Below, piece after piece: positions 1-7,697 of a stretch of DNA of 64,000 nt (the first letter of the stretch is position 1; each line of letters opens with the position of its first letter). The stretch is from the IMG/VR virus record IMGVR_UViG_3300047157_000186; one strand, given 5' to 3'. The notes below the pieces were generated by a model. The model was not told where the DNA came from. It searched no databases and saw only the letters and a program-made list of their open reading frames with translations. The DNA comes from a virus (taxonomy: Duplodnaviria; Caudoviricetes). A program made the translations under genes and the position numbers.

Positions 1-276
1 GATCCTGTTATTTCTTTAAGGGGTCATGAATTAAATGCACTTTATCAAGCACTTCTTAATGTAGAAGGAACTGGAATTGAAAATGCACGTAGATTTATTA
101 CTATGTTAACCCAAATAGGTGAAGCTGTAGGAACAGCGATGCAAGATTTAAGTACTATGAATACTACGTTAAATGATTTGCATGCTGAACTAGCAGAAAT
201 TGATGCTCAGTTAGATGCTGATGCTAACGTGGAAGTAGTTTCACCAGAATTAGAAACTGTTAAATCTACAAAGTAA
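1..276 (+). CDS. hypothetical protein, 5'-truncated
   Basis: Frame 1 is open from the window edge (DPVISLRGHELNAL...KSTK) to TAA at 274-276. Confidence 0.7.
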   Translation, partial: DPVISLRGHELNALYQALLNVEGTGIENARRFITMLTQIGEAVGTAMQDLSTMNTTLNDLHAELAEIDAQLDADANVEVVSPELETVKSTK

Positions 277-367
277 GATTTAACCATTAATAAAACAATA
301 AAGCGATAGGTCAAAGTATCTATTGTTTTATTGTTATTTTACAAGTAAAAAACTATAATAACCTCAT

Positions 368-883
368 ATGAAAATATTTGTAACATCTAATTTACAGTTA
401 GGTAGACCAGCTGCCATAAAGCAATATAAAAGATCATACACTGATGTAGATCAAATGACTGATGATCTTATATTAAAATGGAATGAAACTGTAAAAGCAG
501 AAGATACTGTGTTTTATCTTGGTAATTTTGCGCATGATCCTAAAACGGCTCAAGATGCATTACAAAGATTAAATGGTAATATTAAATTTATTGAAGGCGA
601 TTATGATAGCTCTATTTCTTTATTACATGATAAGGGCATGTTACCTACTAGATGTTCTATTCTTAGATGTGTAGATAAAATTGAAGGATTTAATGTAGCA
701 GTGTCTTATTGGCCGTTAGGAGCATGGCCTGAAAAAGCAAAAAAAGCTTGGTCCATTATAGGTTATCCAAATAAAAAATATAAATCAGATCCTAAAAAGA
801 GAATCATTAATGTCTCTACTGATTTATGGGCAAATAGACCACAAGAGCTAGAAAAGCTACTTGGCATCTTCTCAGATTTTTAA
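368..883 (+). CDS. calcineurin-like metallophosphoesterase homolog, metal ligands substituted
   Basis: Matches the scaffold (TSD.H.GH...M...LI..WN..V...D.V..LGDF...LNG...I.GNHD) but reads SNLQLGR / GNF / GDYD. Confidence 0.75.
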   Translation: MKIFVTSNLQLGRPAAIKQYKRSYTDVDQMTDDLILKWNETVKAEDTVFYLGNFAHDPKTAQDALQRLNGNIKFIEGDYDSSISLLHDKGMLPTRCSILRCVDKIEGFNVAVSYWPLGAWPEKAKKAWSIIGYPNKKYKSDPKKRIINVSTDLWANRPQELEKLLGIFSDF

Positions 884-916
884 TTTACAACTTTTCCGAA
901 AATAAACGCTTAAATA

Positions 917-955
917 TTTTTTTATGTCGTTTATTTGTGGTATATTAGTAGTATA
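917..955 (+). promoter_or_regulatory. class-1 (putative early) phage promoter repeat
   Basis: TTTTTTTATGTC-N-TGTGGTATATTAGTAGTATA; TATATTAG at 941. Confidence 0.7.
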
Positions 956-975
956 ATTAAAACAGAGAGAGTCAT

Positions 976-1332
976 ATGCAAATAAAAATTAACAAACAAC
1001 AAGAAGAAGTTTTAAAGTCAGCCTTAGAAGATTACATTCAAAATCTTGTAGGTAAAGGTCGCAAATACAATAATGCTGTTGAAATCATAAACACCATTAA
1101 CAATGCGGGACTAGTTAAGTTAGAACGTACACCAAGAGTCTTTATTAAAAAACAATACATGTTCACCTTTGAAGAAGGAGGTTGGAATACTGTTTGGGCT
1201 AAGACATTGCCAGGTGCAAAAAGACAAGCTATCAAAGAATATAAGGATTTGGAAAATCTAACAGTACGTTTAGATTCAGTACACTTAGCAACTAAAAAAG
1301 GATTAGAATCAGCAATGAGTTTATTTTACTAA
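976..1332 (+). CDS. hypothetical protein
   Basis: 118 aa ORF directly after a class-1 promoter. Confidence 0.7.
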   Translation: MQIKINKQQEEVLKSALEDYIQNLVGKGRKYNNAVEIINTINNAGLVKLERTPRVFIKKQYMFTFEEGGWNTVWAKTLPGAKRQAIKEYKDLENLTVRLDSVHLATKKGLESAMSLFY

Positions 1333-1365
1333 TTGTTCGTAACTTTTGAAAATAAATCTAAAAAA

Positions 1366-1405
1366 GCTTTCCCGTTTAAATAAAAAGTGTTATATTAGCC
1401 CTATA
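1366..1405 (+). promoter_or_regulatory. class-1 promoter repeat (variant)
   Basis: TATATTAG at 1391, preceded by the shared TTGTTCGTAACTTTT..AAAATAAA block. Confidence 0.6.
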
Positions 1406-1430
1406 ATTAAAAACTAAAAAAAATAATAAT

Positions 1431-2036
1431 ATGCCAAAACAACTCAGTTACCGCGAACTATCAGAAAATTTTATCAAGTCAAAATCAGAAAAAGATTACA
1501 ATGCGTTATATCAACGTGTAAAACCAGGACTTAGAAATTATATTTCAAATGTAGTCAAAGATGTGAATGCCACAGAAGATGTTCTAACAAACACACTAAC
1601 TAAAATGTGGACTAAGATTGATCAATATAATCCATCATATCAAATCACAACGTGGTTATACAGAATTGCATTCAACGAATGTTTAGGTTGGATACGCCAA
1701 CGTAATTCTAAATATAGTATTGAAACTATGAAAGAATACGGTATTGAAATTTCTGATCAATATGCTCACACATCAGCTCGTGATTTATTGATTGAGAACG
1801 AAACAAAAACAGAATCAGATTGGTATGAAGAAGATGATTATTTACAAGCACGTTATGAACTAGCTCTTGCAAATATAGAGTCACTAAAACCAATGTATAA
1901 AGAGATTATTGAAGATCGTCTTCTTAATAATATGAAATATGAAGATATTGCTGCTAAGCATAATCTACCACTTCAAACTATTAAAAACAGAATTCGTAGA
2001 GGTAAATCTATTATTGCAGAAAGTATGGATTATTAA
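1431..2036 (+). CDS. ECF-type sigma-70 family RNA polymerase sigma factor
   Basis: Region 2 (EDVLTNTLTKMW...ITTWLYRIAFNECL) and region 4 HTH (MKYEDIAAKHNLPLQTIKNRIRRGK). Confidence 0.9.
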   Translation: MPKQLSYRELSENFIKSKSEKDYNALYQRVKPGLRNYISNVVKDVNATEDVLTNTLTKMWTKIDQYNPSYQITTWLYRIAFNECLGWIRQRNSKYSIETMKEYGIEISDQYAHTSARDLLIENETKTESDWYEEDDYLQARYELALANIESLKPMYKEIIEDRLLNNMKYEDIAAKHNLPLQTIKNRIRRGKSIIAESMDY

Positions 2037-2040
2037 TATC

Positions 2041-2199
2041 ATGAAGAAGTATAAATCAATAGTAGATCACATATGGAATTGTGGGTGTGGTTCAATGAAT
2101 TCACCTTACAGAACTGTATGCGGATTTTGTGGAGCTGAAAATAAAAATTCAGATAATCAAGAAATAGAAAAAACAATAAAAAATTCACAAATACCATAA
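2041..2199 (+). CDS. small zinc-ribbon protein (RanBP2-like motif)
   Basis: WNCGCGSMNSPYRTVCGFCG fits W-x-C-x-C-x3-N-x6-C-x2-C. Confidence 0.6.
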   Translation: MKKYKSIVDHIWNCGCGSMNSPYRTVCGFCGAENKNSDNQEIEKTIKNSQIP

Positions 2200-2283
2200 A
2201 CAAAATAAAACACATTGGTATAATATAAGTGAACAACAAAAAAAAAGGTTCTTTGATTTATTGGTAGAGAAAATACGTTAGAT

Positions 2284-2365
2284 GCTCGGGTGATGAAATC
2301 GGTAAACATGTTCGACTTAAAATCGAATGGCCACAGCCTTGCGGGTTCGAGTCCCGCCCCGAGCA
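2284..2365 (+). tRNA. tRNA-Leu(TAA)
   Basis: GCTCGGG/CCCGAGC acceptor, TTCGA-CTTAAAA-TCGAA anticodon arm, long variable arm, GGTTCGAGTCCC T-arm; no encoded CCA. Confidence 0.93.
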
Positions 2366-2425
2366 CCCAAATATTTTTGGTAGACGTGTCTGTTAATTTT
2401 CTTAAGTACCATAGATATATAATCT

Positions 2426-2860
2426 ATGAAAGATAAAGTAACAAAAGATGAATTAGTAGAAGCTATTAATTCTTCAATAACAATGGCACAAGCAGCAGAC
2501 AAAGTTGATTTAGCATTTACAACATTTAAAAGATACGCTAAAAAACATGGTCTATATAATGCTAATCAAGGTGGCAAAGGAACACGTCGACCACTTAAAA
2601 AACTTCAAGATGTTTTTTCAGGTAAAGAACATTTAGTAACAAACCATCTTAAATATCGTTTGATACTAGAAGGCTTTAAGACCGAACAATGTGAGGAATG
2701 TGGTATAACAGAATGGAATGGTAAAAATATTTCTTTTGAACTTGATCATGTAAATGGAAAAAGAATGGACAACTCATTAGAAAATCTAAAAATTCTATGT
2801 CCAAACTGTCATTCACAAACACCAACATTTAGAGGTAGAAATATTCGTATGGACCAGTAG
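2426..2860 (+). CDS. HNH endonuclease (free-standing, homing-type)
   Basis: CEEC...ELDHVNG...DNSLENLKILCPNCH; lies inside the tRNA cluster. Confidence 0.9.
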   Translation: MKDKVTKDELVEAINSSITMAQAADKVDLAFTTFKRYAKKHGLYNANQGGKGTRRPLKKLQDVFSGKEHLVTNHLKYRLILEGFKTEQCEECGITEWNGKNISFELDHVNGKRMDNSLENLKILCPNCHSQTPTFRGRNIRMDQ

Positions 2861-2927
2861 CTCAGCTGGATAGAGCATCTGCCTTCTAAGCAGACGGTCA
2901 CAGGTTCGAATCCTGTCTGGTTCACCA
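2851..2927 (+). tRNA. tRNA-Arg(TCT)
   Basis: Full cloverleaf GGACCAG/CTGGTTC, anticodon loop CTTCTAA, encoded CCA. Confidence 0.95.
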
Positions 2928-2950
2928 ATATCGACTGTCAGTCAAGCTTT

Positions 2951-3071
2951 AGAGAGGTAGTGAAGCTGTAGTTAAGAAGTAGAGTGTATTAATTGTCGAA
3001 AAAGGGTTTATAGTAGACAGGCGTTACTCATTGCACTTAACCAGAAACCCCGAAAGACCCGAAGCCTCTCT
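2951..3071 (+). ncRNA. structured ncRNA, 6S-like rod with central bubble
   Basis: Nested pairings AGAGAGG/CCTCTCT, GTTAAG/CTTAAC, GAGT/ACTC, TGTC/GACA; no ORF; lies between tRNAs. Confidence 0.55.
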
Positions 3072-3076
3072 TATTT

Positions 3077-3148
3077 GCTCCGTTCGTCTAACGGTTAGGA
3101 CATTAGGTTTTCATCCTAAAAATAGGAGTTCGATTCTCCTACGGAGTA
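3077..3148 (+). tRNA. tRNA-Glu(TTC)
   Basis: GCTCCGT/ACGGAGT acceptor, TTAGG-TTTTCAT-CCTAA arm; no CCA. Confidence 0.93.
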
Positions 3149-3157
3149 CAACAGATT

Positions 3158-3234
3158 GATCTCTTAGCTCAGTTGGCTAGAGCATCTCACTTTTAATGAG
3201 AGGGTCCAGGGTTCGAGTCCCTGAGGGATCACCA
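3158..3234 (+). tRNA. tRNA-Lys(TTT)
   Basis: GATCTCT/AGGGATC acceptor, TCTCA-CTTTTAA-TGAGA arm, encoded CCA. Confidence 0.95.
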
Positions 3235-3237
3235 TAT

Positions 3238-3314
3238 AGTCAAGTATCTCCTCAAGCTTATACCTTGTAGAAAGAGTAATTGGTTACATGAGAGTTCAAA
3301 TCTCTCCTTGACTA
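3238..3314 (+). tRNA. atypical D-armless tRNA-like gene, anticodon TAT (Ile)
   Basis: AGTCAAG/CTTGACT acceptor, GAGAG-TTCAAAT-CTCTC T-arm, CAAG-CTTATAC-CTTG arm; only 8 nt where the D-arm should be. Confidence 0.6.
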
Positions 3315-3376
3315 CCTGTGGAAGAAATTTAATTATATTAATGATATATAGTTTTCAACTAAAAAAATAATAAGTA

Positions 3377-3520
3377 ATGAATTCTGAACAATCAAACAAT
3401 GGAAACACTCAGATAAACCATGAGAGAGCAAGTCTCAACAGTAGAGTTTCTAAATTTATGATGCTTGGTAAATCCAAGAAAGTACAATGGGACGGTAGAA
3501 GAAGAAACCGCACCATTTAA
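3377..3520 (+). CDS. small basic hypothetical protein (47 aa)
   Basis: MNSEQSNN...WDGRRRNRTI, downstream of a GATATATA motif; below the ORF-track cutoff. Confidence 0.45.
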   Translation: MNSEQSNNGNTQINHERASLNSRVSKFMMLGKSKKVQWDGRRRNRTI

Positions 3521-3526
3521 AAGGCC

Positions 3527-3600
3527 GCCTTTGTAGCTCAGCTGGCTAGAGCAGCGCATTTGTAATGCGCAGGTCGTGGGTTCGAGTCCCTCCAAAGGCT
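3527..3600 (+). tRNA. tRNA-Thr(TGT)
   Basis: GCCTTTG/CAAAGGC acceptor, GCGCA-TTTGTAA-TGCGC arm. Confidence 0.95.
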
Positions 3601-3606
3601 CATTAA

Positions 3607-3679
3607 GCGAAAGTAGCTCAGTTGGTAGAGCGAAAGCCTTCCAAGCTTTAGGTCGCCAGTTCGAACCTGGTCTTTCGCT
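3607..3679 (+). tRNA. tRNA-Gly(TCC)
   Basis: GCGAAAG/CTTTCGC acceptor, AAAGC-CTTCCAA-GCTTT arm. Confidence 0.95.
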
Positions 3680-3913
3680 CATAATCGAGAAATAAAGACA
3701 ACTCGGGACAAGCATAAGAGTCCTTAAACAATGCAGGCCACTACCTCGCGAGCCTACAATAACATAAAACGTGGGGTCTGGGATTCTAAAGGACATAACA
3801 AACCTACCCAGTAGTTTGACTAATTTTCATGTGGTAAGACACTAATGCGTTTTATTGAAGAGAAAGAAAAACCGTTAAAATCCAGTCTAACAAGTCTTAG
3901 TTAGGCGCAATAT

Positions 3914-3990
3914 AGTCTGGTAGCTCAGTTGGTTAGAGTGTCGCCCTGTCACGGCGAAGGTCGCGGGTTCGAGTCCCGTCCAGACTGCCA
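3914..3990 (+). tRNA. tRNA-Asp(GTC)
   Basis: AGTCTGG/CCAGACT acceptor, TCGCC-CTGTCAC-GGCGA arm, encoded CCA. Confidence 0.95.
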
Positions 3991-4143
3991 TTTTTACAAT
4001 AGATATATAATCTAAATCATTATCATGACAGATCCTAAAAACGAACCAGACGTAGACTTAGAAAATTCAGAATACGATTCTTTTTCAATACCAAATAAAT
4101 CGGAGTATATTGATGATGATTACGATTATTAAATCAAGGTAAT

Positions 4144-4854
4144 ATGCAAACACGAGTAGTTTATATGAGTGGTAATGAATTTTCAGTAAACATTACTAAA
4201 GAAACCACTAAATCCTTAGAAGATTTCGGTATTGAATATGAATTATTTGATGGTGTAAAAGGAAGAGATGGAATTAAAATTCTAAACAATCTTAATATAG
4301 TTCCATCTGCTTATGTAGAACAAAGAGATTGGACCGATGGTACAATTGGATGCTTAGCAAGTCATGTATTACTTTGGGAAGAATGTTCTCGTCAAGAAGA
4401 ATCATATCTTATAATAGAACAAGATGGTGTTTTAATAAAAGATCCCAGATCACTTCTACCACTAATAGACACTGTTTGTCACTTAGATGCATATTTGCCA
4501 TTTGATAATTCAAAAACAGCTTCAACTGCATTAGAATATTTTCAACTATATAATGAAAGAGTTGCTTTAGAAGAACCCGGTGTAAAGAACTATCCAAAGA
4601 ATAAATTTTATGATGATAATAATATAACAGGTTCATGTTTTAGAGGAACTTATGGATATATTATAACACCAAAGGGTGCAAAAGAAGTTTTAGATTTTAT
4701 TAAAACTAAAGGTGCATTTCCTTCAGATAGATGTCTGTGTTCAAAGGCAACACATTTACAAAGATCTAATAGTACTTATGTTAGATTAAATCCATTTTTT
4801 AATTCACTTGATGTTCAACGAAAGTGGTCGCTTAGAATTCCGGGTGCCATTTAA
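4144..4854 (+). CDS. glycosyltransferase family 25
   Basis: FDGVKG, GCLASH, LIIEQDG and GTYGYIITPKGA motifs. Confidence 0.8.
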   Translation: MQTRVVYMSGNEFSVNITKETTKSLEDFGIEYELFDGVKGRDGIKILNNLNIVPSAYVEQRDWTDGTIGCLASHVLLWEECSRQEESYLIIEQDGVLIKDPRSLLPLIDTVCHLDAYLPFDNSKTASTALEYFQLYNERVALEEPGVKNYPKNKFYDDNNITGSCFRGTYGYIITPKGAKEVLDFIKTKGAFPSDRCLCSKATHLQRSNSTYVRLNPFFNSLDVQRKWSLRIPGAI

Positions 4855-4913
4855 TTAATCATTTAAGATATATAATAAGTACGAAAGTACATTAAAAAAA
4901 TATATCTTATAAT

Positions 4914-5159
4914 ATGAAAAAGATAATTGGATGGGTATCAGGATTACTAAGAGATGAAAAGGGAACTCCGTCATCTAAAAGATTTATTGGAATTTTAGCA
5001 GGTATCACATTATGTGCCGCTTTATTTATTAATCTTTACACAGAATATCCAGTAGAACCTACAATCGTAAACGCAGTCGCAGCAATATGTATTGGTGGAC
5101 TTGGACTAGCTTCAGCTGATAAAATATTCGGCAAGAAAAAAGAAGAAACAAAGGAATAA
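4914..5159 (+). CDS. small two-TM membrane protein, holin-like
   Basis: PSSKR followed by two hydrophobic helices and a basic C-terminus; near a lysin-like gene. Confidence 0.5.
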   Translation: MKKIIGWVSGLLRDEKGTPSSKRFIGILAGITLCAALFINLYTEYPVEPTIVNAVAAICIGGLGLASADKIFGKKKEETKE

Positions 5160-5169
5160 ATTTAATTAA

Positions 5170-5709
5170 ATGGAATTTAGTTTAGACAAAGTTATATCTG
5201 AAGAATATCGGGCTATGATTCAGGAAAATACTAAAGATATGCCATGGGGTGGAGCTGTAATAAGCTCTGTTCCTAAGATATATGAATATGCTTTAGAATA
5301 TGACTGTAAATCAATTTTAGATTATGGTTCAGGAAAATCAGATTTTTTTAACACATTAAACGAATCATATCCTGATCATCAATTTAAGGTAAATCAATAT
5401 GAACCCGCTAGGCCTGAATTCGAAATGGATCCAGAAGCAAGTGACATGACAGTTTGTGTTGATGTAATGGAACACATAGAACCAGAAAAATTAGAAGCAG
5501 TTTTAGATCACATTGCAGATAAAACTAATAAGATCTTATATTTTAAAGTATGTATGTTGCCTTCTCATAATAAATTTAAAAATGGGCAGAATCTACATTT
5601 AATAATAGAAAATAAAGATTTTTGGTTAGATAAATTATCAAAATATTATAACTTAGATAATATTATTGTTGCACCTGGACATGTTTGGGGATTAGCAATA
5701 AAAAAATAA
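5170..5709 (+). CDS. class I SAM-dependent methyltransferase
   Basis: ILDYGSGK, CVDVMEHI; paralogous to 18940..19512. Confidence 0.8.
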   Translation: MEFSLDKVISEEYRAMIQENTKDMPWGGAVISSVPKIYEYALEYDCKSILDYGSGKSDFFNTLNESYPDHQFKVNQYEPARPEFEMDPEASDMTVCVDVMEHIEPEKLEAVLDHIADKTNKILYFKVCMLPSHNKFKNGQNLHLIIENKDFWLDKLSKYYNLDNIIVAPGHVWGLAIKK

Positions 5710-5720
5710 ATATACTTAAT

Positions 5721-6329
5721 ATGAGTTGTTACACTAGAGAACAAATAGAAGAAGTAATGAAAGCCAAAGGCTACAAATACTTCACAGGAGGAGACTACGA
5801 TGTTAATATCATTGGAGTAAGAAACTCAGAAACTAAAAATAAGGTAACAAATAAATTTGATGACTGTTTAACATTATCTTATAAAATAGATGGTGAATGG
5901 CAGTTTCATTGCTTTCCATGTACTACCGATCCTGGAACACATTGGGTAGAGAATGTACTAAATAAAAATGGAGTAGCGATACTTAAACCGGGTCAATATA
6001 GAGGTTCTCATAAATTAAGATTACATGCTGGTAAATATTTAGCTTTAGGGCAACAAAAACCAGTTAAAGTATATCGAGACAATAATAGAGATGACAAATA
6101 TGATTTGTTAGAAGAAAATGTACATGAAGGTATTTATGGAATTAACATTCATAGAGCTACAAGCAGAGCAGGTGGAAAATCTACACAAGTAGATAAATGG
6201 TCTGCAGGATGTCAAGTTATTGCCGATAATGATGATTGGCATGAATTCTTAGATATTTGCCAAATCGCTAGAGAAAAATGGGGTAACTCTTTTACTTATA
6301 CTTTAATTGATTCAAGCGATATTTCTTAA
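5721..6329 (+). CDS. YkuD/L,D-transpeptidase-like peptidoglycan enzyme (putative lysin)
   Basis: TTDPG, GINIHRA-x13-WSAGCQV resembles the His...S-x-G-C catalytic motif. Confidence 0.55.
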   Translation: MSCYTREQIEEVMKAKGYKYFTGGDYDVNIIGVRNSETKNKVTNKFDDCLTLSYKIDGEWQFHCFPCTTDPGTHWVENVLNKNGVAILKPGQYRGSHKLRLHAGKYLALGQQKPVKVYRDNNRDDKYDLLEENVHEGIYGINIHRATSRAGGKSTQVDKWSAGCQVIADNDDWHEFLDICQIAREKWGNSFTYTLIDSSDIS

Positions 6330-6354
6330 ACTTTTTTGAAAATAAATCACCAGG

Positions 6355-6390
6355 ATTTTTTTATATCAATTATTTTTGGTATATTAGTAC
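6355..6390 (+). promoter_or_regulatory. class-1 promoter repeat driving an ncRNA
   Basis: TATATTAG at 6380, immediately before a structured non-coding stretch. Confidence 0.65.
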
Positions 6391-6645
6391 TGTAATTGTG
6401 GCTGAGAGCTTGATCACTCTCTCGAACATTAAGGGCCTGATGGCAACGCGACCACCCTTAATGACAGTTACATCGGACAGACGCCAGGTGAAAAAGTAAA
6501 TTTATGGCAATGTGGGAACTCAGTTCGCTGAGGTCGGTCAATCATAGGGAATACCGTTTAAAACAAAAATAGAGCCTGGTACCTACGCAACTTAAGAACG
6601 TGGGAATTGGTTAATTGAAGGTTCGACTCCTTCTCTGTTCGCAAA
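6391..6645 (+). ncRNA. structured ncRNA: 5' three-way junction plus 3' tRNA-like domain
   Basis: Stems TGTAATTGT/ACAGTTACA, CATTAAGGG/CCCTTAATG, CGGACAGA/TCTGTTCG and T-arm GAAGG-TTCGACT-CCTTC. Confidence 0.7.
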
Positions 6646-6685
6646 ATATAAATCCGGAAACTAATTTGAAAATAATTAGCTCCGG

Positions 6686-6746
6686 ATTTTTTTATGTCAA
6701 ATATTTGTGGTATATTAGTAGTATACTAATGGAGGTTACTACCTCA
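6686..6746 (+). promoter_or_regulatory. class-1 promoter repeat with GAGGT/ACCTC leader hairpin
   Basis: TATATTAG at 6711; leader nearly identical to 14351-14412. Confidence 0.7.
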
Positions 6747-6762
6747 CTAAAACCAATAAAAA

Positions 6763-6987
6763 ATGATCAGATCAAAAAAACCTAAATCAGAAATCGTTAT
6801 CGACTTAACAGGTCCACAAGGAAATGCATTTAATTTAATAGCACTTGCTAAGAATTTTGGAAAACAAATCGGCATGAGTGATTCTTATATTAAAGAGATC
6901 CAAGAAAAAATGATGTCAGGTGATTATGAAAATCTAATTCAGGTATTTGATAATGAATTTGGTTCAGTTGTAATTTTAGAAAGATAA
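6763..6987 (+). CDS. conserved phage hypothetical protein (GPxGNAF motif)
   Basis: IDLTGPQGNAFNLIA motif; follows a promoter. Confidence 0.7.
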   Translation: MIRSKKPKSEIVIDLTGPQGNAFNLIALAKNFGKQIGMSDSYIKEIQEKMMSGDYENLIQVFDNEFGSVVILER

Positions 6988-6988
6988 T

Positions 6989-7102
6989 ATGAAAGCACAA
7001 GATCTTAGACACCATTTAGCCAGATTAGAAATGATGATGGCAGAAGAAAGAGGAATTAACTTAAGCTACGAAGAAGCTTTAAATATAATAGACAAATCAT
7101 AA
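6989..7102 (+). CDS. small hypothetical protein (37 aa)
   Basis: Fills the gap with coupled stop/start. Confidence 0.5.
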   Translation: MKAQDLRHHLARLEMMMAEERGINLSYEEALNIIDKS

Positions 7103-7617
7103 TGAGAAAAGCACCAAACACAGTTGATCATCAAGAATGGAACGAACAGTTCTTACCAATTATGTGGGCTTTTGTTCAGAGTTATCAAGCATCTAAAAAT
7201 GATTTCTTAAAGAAGAAAATCAAAGAAGCTCTTAAGCGTACTATTTATAAGTGGACAGATTTACCACCTAAATATGTTTCTACAGAGATTATAAGACTTT
7301 TTGAAGAGAACGGTATTGAAGAAGATCCATTTAATCTTATATACACTGACCGTAAAATGTTGGGTAGAGATGAGGATGGTAAAACTATTATGTTATGGGA
7401 ACACACAACAACAAATCACGAAACTTATCAAACATTTGTTAAGTGTCAATCTCAAGAAGAATTAAAAGAAGCAATGTCAAACCACACTGGAGTTTGTTGG
7501 ATTACTCGCGAAGAGGACAACATACTTAATAAGAGTGGATTTAGATCAAACAGAGAAGAAGGTTGGGAAGCGGTTTATGAAAAATGCGGTATAAACGTAA
7601 TTGTTCGTAACTTTTAA
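7102..7617 (+). CDS. hypothetical protein, possible His-Me finger-like fold
   Basis: LWEH...CWITREED..L...G...YEKCGI pattern. Confidence 0.4.
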   Translation: MRKAPNTVDHQEWNEQFLPIMWAFVQSYQASKNDFLKKKIKEALKRTIYKWTDLPPKYVSTEIIRLFEENGIEEDPFNLIYTDRKMLGRDEDGKTIMLWEHTTTNHETYQTFVKCQSQEELKEAMSNHTGVCWITREEDNILNKSGFRSNREEGWEAVYEKCGINVIVRNF

Positions 7618-7633
7618 AAATAAACAGCAAAAA

Positions 7634-7675
7634 GCTTTCCCCGTTAAAATAAAAGTGGTATATTAGTACTGTAAT
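7634..7675 (+). promoter_or_regulatory. class-1 promoter repeat (variant)
   Basis: TATATTAG at 7659; shares the GCTTTCCCG variant with 1366-1405. Confidence 0.65.
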
Positions 7676-7697
7676 TAAAAAGCTAAAAATAAAAAAC

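Noticed and set aside
3392-3796. 134-aa minus-strand ORF
   Set aside because: Antisense to tRNA-Thr and tRNA-Gly; spurious
6391-6472. Hammerhead ribozyme-like three-stem topology (GA...GAA flanking a stem)
   Set aside because: Core reads TGGCTGA instead of CTGANGA, and stem III opens with C-G rather than A-U; too many invariant positions differ
6474-6645. tmRNA
   Set aside because: Only ~170 nt, lacks the GGGG..G acceptor and D-loop TCGA signature, and shows no convincing tag reading frame
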